A DNA stretch of 64,000 bases. Origin: an uncultured virus (IMG/VR IMGVR_UViG_3300025108_000038). Lineage: Duplodnaviria > Heunggongvirae > Uroviricota > Caudoviricetes > Crassvirales. Position numbers and translations under genes: made by a program. The DNA is taken from IMG/VR virus record IMGVR_UViG_3300025108_000038, one strand, 5' to 3'. The notes under the pieces are model-generated. The model made no database searches. It saw only the letters and a program-made list of their open reading frames with translations, and had not been told where the DNA came from. Shown here piece after piece: positions 55,288 through 64,000 of this stretch (position 1 is its first letter; every line of letters begins with the position of its first letter).

Positions 55288-57514
55288 ATTATACACTGAA
55301 CTTAAAAATATAGTTCCTAAAAATGTTTTGTCAATAAAAAACAAGTCTAAGTCATGGGCTTATGGGTATAATGAAAAATACAATTTTGTTGTTATATCAA
55401 AAACAGGTCAAATTGATCAAGTAATAAATATTAGTGGCCTCAATATAGCTCTTCCAAAACTTTCAAAAGATATAATTAAAAGATCAAAAAAAAAAGAAGA
55501 TCAATTCTGGGAATCTAAAGAGCTACCTAAACAATTAAAAAAAATAAAGTCTATTTTTCAATGGCATGAAGCTCCTTTAAGTTTTAAAAATGAGTGGATT
55601 GATTATATTGAAAATGAATTTAATTACAGAGAATTAGGGTGTTGGTTTTACAACAATGGAGTTCCTACTTACATTACAGGAACTCATTATATGTATCTTC
55701 AATGGACAAAGATAGATGTAGGTCTTCCTGACTACAGGGAAGCTAATAGAGTTTTTTATATATTTTGGGAAGCCTGTAAAGCAGATAAAAGAAGTTTTGG
55801 AATGGATTATTTAAAAATTAGGCGTTCAGGATTTTCTTTTATGGCTTCATGTGAAGGAGTAAATACTGGTACAATTACAAAAGATGCTCGTATTGGAGTT
55901 TTATCTAAAACAGGATCTGATGCCAAAAAAATGTTTACTGACAAAATAGTTCCTATATCAAACAACTACCCTTTCTTTTTTAAGCCCATACAAGATGGTA
56001 TGGATAAACCAAAAACAGAATTAGCCTATAGAGTACCTGCTTCAAAAATTACTAAAAAAAATATGTATTTAACTGAAGACCAGGAACTTGAAGGTCTTGA
56101 TACTACTATTGACTGGAAAAATACTGGAGATAACAGTTATGATGGTGAAAAATTACAATTGTTACTACATGATGAAAGTGGAAAGTGGGAAAAGCCTGAT
56201 AACATTTTAAACAACTGGAGGGTTACTAAAACCTGTCTTAGATTAGGTAGTAAAGTTATTGGTAAATGTATGATGGGATCTACATCAAATGCTCTTGACA
56301 AGGGTGGTAGTAATTTTAAAAAATTATACATTGATTCTGATTGTGGAAAACGAAACTCAAATGGTCAAACTAAAAGTGGGTTATATTCACTTTTCATCCC
56401 TATGGAATGGAATATGGAGGGCTTTATTGACAGATATGGAATGCCTGTTTTTAGGTCTCCTGATTCGCCAATACTTGGTATTGATGGAGAGATGATAAGT
56501 CAAGGAGCTTTAGATTACTGGGAAAATGAAGTTGATTCATTGAAGCAAGATCCTGATGCTCTAAATGAGTTTTACAGACAATTTCCAAGATCAGAATCTC
56601 ACGCTTTTAGAGATGAAAGCAAACAGTCTATATTTAATTTAACTAAAATATATCAGCAAATTGACTACAATGATTCTTTAATTACAGCCAGATATGTAAC
56701 TCAAGGATCTTTTTCTTGGGAGAACGGAATTAAAGATACCAGGGTTATTTGGTCACCTAATAAAAGAGGAAGATTTTTTGTAACTTGGTTACCAGAAAAA
56801 GCATTGCAAAATAATGTTATAACAAAAAATGGAGTAAAATACCCAGGGAATGAACACGTAGGTACATTTGGGTGTGATTCATACGACATATCAGGTGTTG
56901 TTGTTGGAAAAGGATCTAATGGTTCTTTACATGGATTAACAAAATTTAATATGGATAACGCTCCAAGCAATGAGTTTTTTTTAGAATACATAGCTCGTCC
57001 TCAAACTGCTGAGTTGTTTTTTGAAGATGTTTTAATGGCTATGGTGTTTTATGGAATGCCTATTTTGTGTGAAAATAATAAACCTCGTTTATTATATCAC
57101 TTAAAAAACAGGGGTTACAGACAATTTAGTTTAAATAGACCTGACAAAAGGTTTAACAAATTGTCTAAAACAGAAAAAGAATTGGGAGGAATACCAAATT
57201 CAAGTGAAGACGTAAAACAATCTCACGCCTCTGCTATAGAGTCTTACATAGAAAAGTATGTTGGATTAGATATGCAGGGTTCGTACAGAGATAAAGACGA
57301 TATGGGTATAATGCATTTTCAAAGAACTTTAGAGGATTGGGCTAAGTTTGATATAAGTAACAGAACTAAATTTGATGCGTCTATTAGTTCAGGTTTAGCT
57401 ATAATGGCAAATCAAAAACACCTATACACTCCGTCTAAACAAAAATCGAAAATAAGCATTAACTTTGCAAGATATAATAACACAGCTTCGGTTAGTCAAT
57501 TAATTAATAAATGA
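55265..57514 (+). CDS. terL: Terminase large subunit
   Basis: KIRRSGFS Walker A variant, LLHDESGKW Walker B, GCDSYD nuclease motif, FDASISSG; TTG start. Confidence 0.88.
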   Translation: MQSQDQNKLYTELKNIVPKNVLSIKNKSKSWAYGYNEKYNFVVISKTGQIDQVINISGLNIALPKLSKDIIKRSKKKEDQFWESKELPKQLKKIKSIFQWHEAPLSFKNEWIDYIENEFNYRELGCWFYNNGVPTYITGTHYMYLQWTKIDVGLPDYREANRVFYIFWEACKADKRSFGMDYLKIRRSGFSFMASCEGVNTGTITKDARIGVLSKTGSDAKKMFTDKIVPISNNYPFFFKPIQDGMDKPKTELAYRVPASKITKKNMYLTEDQELEGLDTTIDWKNTGDNSYDGEKLQLLLHDESGKWEKPDNILNNWRVTKTCLRLGSKVIGKCMMGSTSNALDKGGSNFKKLYIDSDCGKRNSNGQTKSGLYSLFIPMEWNMEGFIDRYGMPVFRSPDSPILGIDGEMISQGALDYWENEVDSLKQDPDALNEFYRQFPRSESHAFRDESKQSIFNLTKIYQQIDYNDSLITARYVTQGSFSWENGIKDTRVIWSPNKRGRFFVTWLPEKALQNNVITKNGVKYPGNEHVGTFGCDSYDISGVVVGKGSNGSLHGLTKFNMDNAPSNEFFLEYIARPQTAELFFEDVLMAMVFYGMPILCENNKPRLLYHLKNRGYRQFSLNRPDKRFNKLSKTEKELGGIPNSSEDVKQSHASAIESYIEKYVGLDMQGSYRDKDDMGIMHFQRTLEDWAKFDISNRTKFDASISSGLAIMANQKHLYTPSKQKSKISINFARYNNTASVSQLINK

Positions 57515-59946
57515 AAGATGTAAAAATACAAGTTAACTCGGCTGCTTTTCCTGATCAATTTGAATCAGATTCTGTTAAAGACACAATGGAGTTTGGCTTA
57601 CAAGTAGGTCAAGCAATTCAGTATGAGTGGTTTAGAAAAGATAGTGGTTCGTGTAGGTTTTATAATCAATGGGCTGACTTTAATAGACTAAGGCTATACG
57701 CAAGAGGAGAGCAGTCTATAAGTAAATATAAAAACGAAATAGCAGTAGATGGAGATTTAAGTCACTTAAATTTAGATTGGACTCCAGTTCCTATAATACC
57801 TAAGTTTGTAGACATAGTTGTAAACGGAATGTCTGACAGGCTTTTTAAAATAAAAACATACGCTCAAGACGCTATGTCTGCTGAAAAACGTAGTATTTTT
57901 CAAGACATGGTTCAGGCTGATATGGTAGCAGCGCCAGTGTTAAGGCAGTTAGAAAAAGATTTTGAAATACCTGTTTTTAGTGTTGCTGAAGAAGAACTTC
58001 CTGGAAGTGATGAAGAGCTTGAGTTGTATATGCAAATGAAGTACAAGCCAGCTATTGAGATTGCTCAAGAAGTTGGAATAAATACTTTGTTAGATGAAAA
58101 TCATTACCAAGATATAAGGAAAAGAGTTGACTACGATCAAACTGTTTTAGGCATAGGAATGTGTAAGCATATGTTCTTGCCTGGAACTGGAGTTAAAGTT
58201 GAGTATGTAGATCCAGCAAATGTAGTTTATAGTTACACTGAAGATCCTTATTTTAAAGATAATTTTTATTGGGGAGAAATAAAAACAGTTCCTATTGGGG
58301 AGCTAATTAAAATAGATCCAGATTTAACTCTTTCTGATTTAGATGAAATTTCTAAATATAGTCAATCTTGGTATCAATATTATAATAATGCTCAGGCTTA
58401 TAACAATAGTATGTTTCACAGAGACACTGCTACATTGTTATACTTTAATTACAAGTCTACTCACTCTTTTGTTTATAAAAAGAAAAGAATGTCAGATGGA
58501 AGTTTTAAAACTGTACAGAAGGATGATCAATTTAATCCTCCTGTTGAAATGCAGAAAGAAGGTAATTTTGAAAAAGTTACAAAAAGAATTGATGTTTGGT
58601 ATGATGGAGTAATGGTCATGGGTACTAACATAATGCTTCAGTGGAAACTAAGTGAAAATATGGTTAGACCTAAATCTGCTAATCAATACGCAAGGCCCAA
58701 CTACATAGCTTGCGCTCCAAGGATGTATAAAGGTTCTGTTGAATCTTTAGTAAGAAGGATGATTCCGTTTGCTGATTTAATTCAAATGACTCATTTAAAA
58801 ATACAGCAAGTAGTTTCAAGGGTAGTTCCTGATGGAGTTTTTATTGATGCTGATGGATTAAACGAAGTGGATTTAGGTACTGGAAGTGCTTATAATCCAG
58901 AAGATGCTTTAAGACTTTACTTCCAAACAGGTAGTGTTATTGGTAGAAGTTTTACTCAAGATGGAGAGTTTAATAATGCTAAAGTACCTATAACTCAGTT
59001 AACTGCTTCAAGCGGAGCAGGTAAAATGCAAATGCTTATAGGTAATTATAATCACTATTTAGATATGATCAGGGCAGTGACTGGGCTTAACGAAGCTCGT
59101 GATGGTTCAAGTCCAGATCCAAATTCTTTAGTTGGCGTAAATAAATTAGCAGCATTAAATTCCAATACAGCAACAAGACATATTTTACAAGCAAGTTTAT
59201 ATATGACTCGAAGTTTAGCGGAGTGCTTATCAATAAGAATGGCAGATATATTAGAATATTCTGATTTTAAAGATGAGTTTGCTATGCAAATCGGTAAATA
59301 TAATTTACAGATTATTGATGAAATAAAAAGTCTTTATATATATGATTTTGGAATATTTATAGAAATGTCTCCAGATGAAGAGGAAAAAGCTATGCTTGAA
59401 CAAAATATTCAAATGGCTTTATCTAAAGAAAATATAAGTCTTGAGGATGCTATAGATATTAGGGAAATACATAATCTAAAGATGGCTAATCAATTGCTTA
59501 AATTAAAGCGTAAGCAAAAGCAAGACAGAGAGCAGCAGATGCAAATGCAACAACAAGAAATGCAAGCTCAACAGCAAATGCAAGCTCAAGAAGCCGCGGC
59601 TCAACAGCAAATGCAAATAACTCAACAATCAGCTGCCACTAAAATGGAAACAATGACAGCTGAATCTCAAATGGCAATTCAAAAAATGCAAATGGAAGCT
59701 CAGTTAAAAACTAAATTAATGGAGGTTGAGTTTAATTATCAAATGCAATTAAAAGGGCTTGAGCAGTCTCAAATAGATCAAAGAGAAAAAAACAGAGAGT
59801 CTGAAAAAAATAAAAGAATAAACCAACAATCTTCTAATCAATCTAAAATGATTGAACAACGAAAACGTAATTTACCTTCTATTAATTTTGAATCAAATGA
59901 GGATAGTTTAGATGGTTTTGATTTTTCTGAGTTTAACCCAAGATAA
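57511..59946 (+). CDS. Portal protein
   Basis: 811 aa after terL; PIIPKFVD, TGLNEARDGS and a Gln-rich C-terminal barrel. Confidence 0.82.
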   Translation: MKDVKIQVNSAAFPDQFESDSVKDTMEFGLQVGQAIQYEWFRKDSGSCRFYNQWADFNRLRLYARGEQSISKYKNEIAVDGDLSHLNLDWTPVPIIPKFVDIVVNGMSDRLFKIKTYAQDAMSAEKRSIFQDMVQADMVAAPVLRQLEKDFEIPVFSVAEEELPGSDEELELYMQMKYKPAIEIAQEVGINTLLDENHYQDIRKRVDYDQTVLGIGMCKHMFLPGTGVKVEYVDPANVVYSYTEDPYFKDNFYWGEIKTVPIGELIKIDPDLTLSDLDEISKYSQSWYQYYNNAQAYNNSMFHRDTATLLYFNYKSTHSFVYKKKRMSDGSFKTVQKDDQFNPPVEMQKEGNFEKVTKRIDVWYDGVMVMGTNIMLQWKLSENMVRPKSANQYARPNYIACAPRMYKGSVESLVRRMIPFADLIQMTHLKIQQVVSRVVPDGVFIDADGLNEVDLGTGSAYNPEDALRLYFQTGSVIGRSFTQDGEFNNAKVPITQLTASSGAGKMQMLIGNYNHYLDMIRAVTGLNEARDGSSPDPNSLVGVNKLAALNSNTATRHILQASLYMTRSLAECLSIRMADILEYSDFKDEFAMQIGKYNLQIIDEIKSLYIYDFGIFIEMSPDEEEKAMLEQNIQMALSKENISLEDAIDIREIHNLKMANQLLKLKRKQKQDREQQMQMQQQEMQAQQQMQAQEAAAQQQMQITQQSAATKMETMTAESQMAIQKMQMEAQLKTKLMEVEFNYQMQLKGLEQSQIDQREKNRESEKNKRINQQSSNQSKMIEQRKRNLPSINFESNEDSLDGFDFSEFNPR

Positions 59947-59954
59947 ATAAAGTA

Positions 59955-60089
59955 ATGATAGAAAAAACATCAGGGCCACAATTGAATCAAGTAAGATCTG
60001 ATTTTAATAAAAGAGTCACAAAAAAAGCTATGTTAGGCAAGACTAAAAAAATACAATGGGAAGCCAGACGAAGGTTTTCTAATATTTAA
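59955..60089 (+). CDS. 44-aa basic peptide (MIEKTSGPQLNQVRSDFNKRV...)
   Basis: Manually translated; its 3' part is also at positions 1-101. Confidence 0.5.
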   Translation: MIEKTSGPQLNQVRSDFNKRVTKKAMLGKTKKIQWEARRRFSNI

Positions 60090-60115
60090 AACCGCCTAAA
60101 ATATAATTAAAATAA
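59989..60115. repeat. Exact 127-bp direct repeat, copy 2
   Basis: Identical to 1-127. Confidence 0.95.
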
Positions 60116-60143
60116 GTATTAACTTTGTTAAAAATAAAATCAA

Positions 60144-61301
60144 ATGGAATTTAAAGTAAAAGCAGTAGACGGAAATGTCGAAGAAAAATCAAGAGCGCAA
60201 GTTGAAGAAGCTTTATTAAAAGAACACGCTGAACAATTTGAACAACAAAACACAGAAAAACCTATCGATAAGATAGATTTATCTGGAAAAGAAAATTCAC
60301 CTGTCGAAGAACAGCCAAAGGAAGCGTTAAAAGAGGCTGCTGCTGATTTTTCAAAAGAAACAGAGGTAAAAGAAGAAGATGTTCTTGGTTATATTAAGAA
60401 CAGATATGATAAGAATATATCATCAGTAGATGAATTATTTTCTGAAAAAGAACTAAATGATGAGCTACCTGAAGATGTTTCTAAGTATTTAAAATATAAA
60501 CAGGAAACTGGACGTGGTATTAATGACTTTTATAAATTACAAAAAGACATTGATAGTATGGAGGATGATACCATACTTGCTAATTATTATGAATCGACTG
60601 AAGATGGTTTAGACTCAGAAGATATTCAAGATATTATTGCAGACAAATTTTCTTATGATGAAGATTTAGATGATGAAAAAGATATTAGAAAAATAAAATT
60701 AGCTAAAAAAAGAGAACTTTCTAAAGCAAAGAAATTTCTTAATGAACAGAAAGATAAATATAAAGTTCCTCTTGAGTCAAGTGGGGGCGGATTGTCCGAA
60801 GATCAGCAAGATGATTTAGATGCATATAAAAAGTATATAGAGGAATCTAAAAGTATTGAAGAAGTAAATAGGAAGAGATACAATTATTTCTTAGATAAAA
60901 CCGAGTCGGTTTTTAACAACGAGTTCAAAGGTTTTGAATTTTCAGTTGGTGATAAAAATATTTCTTTTAAACCAGGAGACGCACAAGAGCTAAAAAATGT
61001 CCAATCTGACGTTAACAATTTCGTTAACAAATTTATGGATAAAGATGGTTTAATTAACGATCCTGTAGGATATCATAAAGCCTTTTCGGTTGCTATGAAT
61101 CCTGATAAATTTGCTAAACACTTTTATGACCAGGGTGTTGCCGCAGCTGTAGATAATGTTTCAAGAAAATCTAAAAACATAAATATGGATGTAAGACAAC
61201 AATCTCAATCGGTTTCTAAAAACGGAATCACGATTAGACCTATGAATGTAAGTAATGATAGTGGAAGAGGACTCAAAATTAAAAGTAGAAAAAATAATTA
61301 A
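60144..61301 (+). CDS. Putative scaffolding protein (allele B)
   Basis: Homologous to 156-1304, with a diverged N-terminus. Confidence 0.65.
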   Translation: MEFKVKAVDGNVEEKSRAQVEEALLKEHAEQFEQQNTEKPIDKIDLSGKENSPVEEQPKEALKEAAADFSKETEVKEEDVLGYIKNRYDKNISSVDELFSEKELNDELPEDVSKYLKYKQETGRGINDFYKLQKDIDSMEDDTILANYYESTEDGLDSEDIQDIIADKFSYDEDLDDEKDIRKIKLAKKRELSKAKKFLNEQKDKYKVPLESSGGGLSEDQQDDLDAYKKYIEESKSIEEVNRKRYNYFLDKTESVFNNEFKGFEFSVGDKNISFKPGDAQELKNVQSDVNNFVNKFMDKDGLINDPVGYHKAFSVAMNPDKFAKHFYDQGVAAAVDNVSRKSKNINMDVRQQSQSVSKNGITIRPMNVSNDSGRGLKIKSRKNN

Positions 61302-61316
61302 TAAAAAAACAAAATT

Positions 61317-62777
61317 ATGGCAGTAAATGTAACTCCAGGATTTGACTTGCAGCCAAGTGCGCAGCAAACTCCTTTATCAACAAACTACATAACTAACTTT
61401 GACTTCTTGAATCAGTATCTTCCTGATACTTATGAAAAGGAATTTGAGCGTTATGGAAATAGAACAGTAGCTTCATTCTTAAGAATGGTAGGTGCTGAAA
61501 TGCCTTCTAACTCTGACCTTATCAAGTGGGCAGAACAAGGAAGATTACACACTAAATATCAAGCTTGTACATCTGCAGCAGCAGCAGGAGCTGATGATGG
61601 TGTTTGGACTATTCCAAATAACATTACTAACTTTAACCCAGCTTTAGGTGGAACATCAAGTCAAGCAGCTTTAAGAGCTGGACAGACTGTAATGATCTCT
61701 GACAACACAGCAGGTTCAACTTTACAAAACAAAGGTATTATTACTGTAGCTCCAACAGCTGCTAATCCAAACCAAGTTACAATTGCTTATTATGAAGCGG
61801 CTGGACAATCTATGGCAGCAGCAACATCATGTGATATATTTGTATATGGTTCTGAATTTGCAAAAGGAGTAAGCGGAATGCAAGGTTCTTTAGAATCTGA
61901 TGATTTTATCTTCCAAAACAAACCAATCATTATCAAAGACAAATATTCTGTTTCTGGTTCTGATATGGCTCAAATTGGATGGGTAGAAGTTACATCTGAA
62001 AATGGTGCATCTGGATACTTATGGTATTTAAAATCTGAACACGACACAAGATTACGTTTTGAAGATTACTTAGAAACAGCAATGATTGAAGCAGTACCAG
62101 CAGCAGCAGGTTCTGGTGCAGGAGACTACTTACAAGGTACAGCAGCAGGTGCTTCTGTAGCAGGAGAGTCTGGATCTGAAGGAATTTTCTATGTAGTTGG
62201 ACAAAGAGGTAATGTATTTGGTGGAGGAAATCCAACAACTTTAGCTCAGTTTGACAACATTATTCAAAGACTTGACAAGCAAGGATCTATTGAAGAGAAT
62301 GTTATTTTTGTAGATCGTCAGTTTTCATTTGACATTGATGACATGTTAGCAGTACAAAACTCTTACGGAGCAGGTGGTACTTCTTACGGTTTATTTGACA
62401 ATGACAAAGACATGGCTTTAAACTTAGGTTTCACAGGATTCCGTAGAGGATATGACTTTTACAAGTCTGACTGGAAATACTTAAATGATCCTACAATGAG
62501 AGGTGGTCTTAATGCAGGTAAAGTCAATGGACTTTTAGTTCCAGCTGGATCTACAACTGTATACGATCAAATTTTAGGCAAGAACGCAAAGCGTCCTTTC
62601 TTACACGTTCGTTACAGAGCTTCAGAGACTGAAGACAGACGTTACAAATCTTGGATTACTGGTTCAGCTGGTGGAGCAAGAACAAGTGACTTAGATGCAA
62701 TGGAAGTAAACTTCTTGAGTGAAAGAGCTGTATGTACTTTAGGTGCAAACAACTTCTTCCTATTTCAAGATTCATAG
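61317..62777 (+). CDS. Major capsid protein (allele B)
   Basis: Homologous to 1323-2816, 11 aa shorter. Confidence 0.85.
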   Translation: MAVNVTPGFDLQPSAQQTPLSTNYITNFDFLNQYLPDTYEKEFERYGNRTVASFLRMVGAEMPSNSDLIKWAEQGRLHTKYQACTSAAAAGADDGVWTIPNNITNFNPALGGTSSQAALRAGQTVMISDNTAGSTLQNKGIITVAPTAANPNQVTIAYYEAAGQSMAAATSCDIFVYGSEFAKGVSGMQGSLESDDFIFQNKPIIIKDKYSVSGSDMAQIGWVEVTSENGASGYLWYLKSEHDTRLRFEDYLETAMIEAVPAAAGSGAGDYLQGTAAGASVAGESGSEGIFYVVGQRGNVFGGGNPTTLAQFDNIIQRLDKQGSIEENVIFVDRQFSFDIDDMLAVQNSYGAGGTSYGLFDNDKDMALNLGFTGFRRGYDFYKSDWKYLNDPTMRGGLNAGKVNGLLVPAGSTTVYDQILGKNAKRPFLHVRYRASETEDRRYKSWITGSAGGARTSDLDAMEVNFLSERAVCTLGANNFFLFQDS

Positions 62778-62793
62778 TAAATAGTAGTAATAT

Positions 62794-62831
62794 TTACCCT
62801 CGTTATAATGACGAGGGTAATTATTTTTTTT
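62794..62831 (+). terminator. Intrinsic terminator after MCP (allele B)
   Basis: Same stem as 2833-2859. Confidence 0.85.
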
Positions 62832-62856
62832 AAAAATCAAATTAAATTATATTATA

Positions 62857-63612
62857 ATGAAATCAAAAAAAGAACAGTACAAAGCGAAAGCTTATCGATT
62901 AAAAGGAGATAAATCTCCTCTATCTTACATGTTGTCTTCAAGACACTCACAAAGATCACCCTTATTACATTTTGACGAAGAACAAGGAAATAACAGACCT
63001 TTACGTTATGCTCGTAATCAAAAGTCACCTTTTGAAGATGAACAGGATGGTAATGCTATCTTAGAACCTATTGTGTTTGAAGATGGAATGCTTTCAGTTT
63101 CAAAAGAAAATCAAGTTTTACAAAAATTTTTAGAACTACATCCAAGTAATGGATATGTATTTGAGGAAATAAACCATGAACGTGATGCTGCTGTTGAATT
63201 AGAGTGGGTTGAGTTTGAGTTGGAAGCTCAAATAGAAGCTAAAAAAATAACTAAAGATATTTCTAAACTTACACAAATATGCAGAGTATTAATGGGTAAC
63301 GCTGTAGAAAAAATGACAACAGCTGAATTAAAAAGAGACATATTAGTTTATTCTAAAAATAATCCTCATGACTTTTTAGATACTGTAAACGATCCTATGT
63401 TAGAGCTTATGGATGATGTTTACCAATTTTTTAATTTATCCTTTTTAACTTTAAGAAATAATGGAAAGGATGTATATTACAATCTTCCAAACAATAAAAA
63501 GAAAATGCTAACAGTTCCTTTTGGAGAAGATAAAAACTTTATTGTAGCATCTTTCATGAAAAGCGATGATGGTTTAGAAGTTTATAAACTATTAAAAAAT
63601 AAATTAAAATAA
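62857..63612 (+). CDS. Conserved phage protein (allele B)
   Basis: Homologous to 2893-3657. Confidence 0.75.
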   Translation: MKSKKEQYKAKAYRLKGDKSPLSYMLSSRHSQRSPLLHFDEEQGNNRPLRYARNQKSPFEDEQDGNAILEPIVFEDGMLSVSKENQVLQKFLELHPSNGYVFEEINHERDAAVELEWVEFELEAQIEAKKITKDISKLTQICRVLMGNAVEKMTTAELKRDILVYSKNNPHDFLDTVNDPMLELMDDVYQFFNLSFLTLRNNGKDVYYNLPNNKKKMLTVPFGEDKNFIVASFMKSDDGLEVYKLLKNKLK

Positions 63613-63632
63613 AACTAACTAACCAGAAAGAG

Positions 63633-63662
63633 AAAGTCGCCTAATAAGGTGACTTTTTTTTT
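63633..63662 (+). terminator. Intrinsic terminator (allele B)
   Basis: AAAGTCGCCT/AGGTGACTTT plus T-run, followed by TATCTTTG. Confidence 0.75.
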
Positions 63663-63705
63663 ACTATCTTTGTACTTTATTAACCCATTAAAAACTTTTT
63701 ATAAA

Positions 63706-63984
63706 ATGGCAAAATTTCTTAAAATTTCGAATGCTCCTATTACTGGTCAATTAATCAGTCTTGACGGAGTCAAAGCTATTGCTACAGCAACAGCAACAGC
63801 TACAGCAGTTACAATTGATTATGTTGATGGAACTACTACTACAGTAACAACAGCGGCTCAAGTAGGGCATGATGTTTACAATTCTATATTAGATAATATG
63901 GAAGTAGCATTAGCTACATCTTGGCAAAAACCTTACTTTGAGGTTTTATTACCGAAAGCTGTTACAAGTATTGTTAATGCTTAA
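63706..63984 (+). CDS. Small virion protein (allele B)
   Basis: Homologous to 3751-4029. Confidence 0.6.
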   Translation: MAKFLKISNAPITGQLISLDGVKAIATATATATAVTIDYVDGTTTTVTTAAQVGHDVYNSILDNMEVALATSWQKPYFEVLLPKAVTSIVNA

Positions 63985-64000
63985 TAAGCAAATTAACTAA

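Noticed and set aside
152..62238. Many antisense or alternate-frame ORFs in the track (e.g. 152-499, 14430-14672, 38843-39175, 41538-41840, 45382-45684, 56701-56991)
   Set aside because: They are shadows of longer, motif-bearing genes
1..64000. Stop-codon reassignment as in some crAss-like phages
   Set aside because: Genes are full-length and densely packed in the standard code; TAG and TGA both act as stops

Overview
This window is an essentially complete, AT-rich, roughly 60 kb tailed-phage genome with podovirus/crAss-like gene order. The host is probably a Bacteroidota (Flavobacteria-type) bacterium: TAnnTTTG -7 promoter boxes precede nearly every transcription unit and there are no Shine-Dalgarno sites. 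Layout: head, tail and ejection genes at 0.15-23 kb (+); replication, recombination and early genes at 23-37.6 kb (-); a divergent GC-rich switch region near 37.9 kb; then groEL/groES, an array of very basic small proteins mixed with lysis genes, tail fibres, a 2OG-Fe(II) oxygenase, terminase and portal at 38-60 kb (+). At 59,989 the sequence returns to position 1 through an exact 127-bp repeat and continues into a diverged second allele of the scaffold-capsid module, most likely a strain-variant assembly bubble. I recognised no DNA polymerase, RNA polymerase, integrase, methyltransferase, tRNA or CRISPR array. The main unexplained signals are: (1) about 5-fold enrichment of CCWGG, built from rare synonymous codons, confined to the early arm and ending abruptly near 38.0 kb; (2) four near-identical, covarying GAAA-tetraloop cassettes placed just upstream of consecutive early genes; (3) two copies of an origin-like motif block plus two stand-alone DnaA domain-IV proteins; (4) a protamine/H1-like polycation gene array. 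Product calls come from motif recognition and synteny, not database searches, and all counts are manual.
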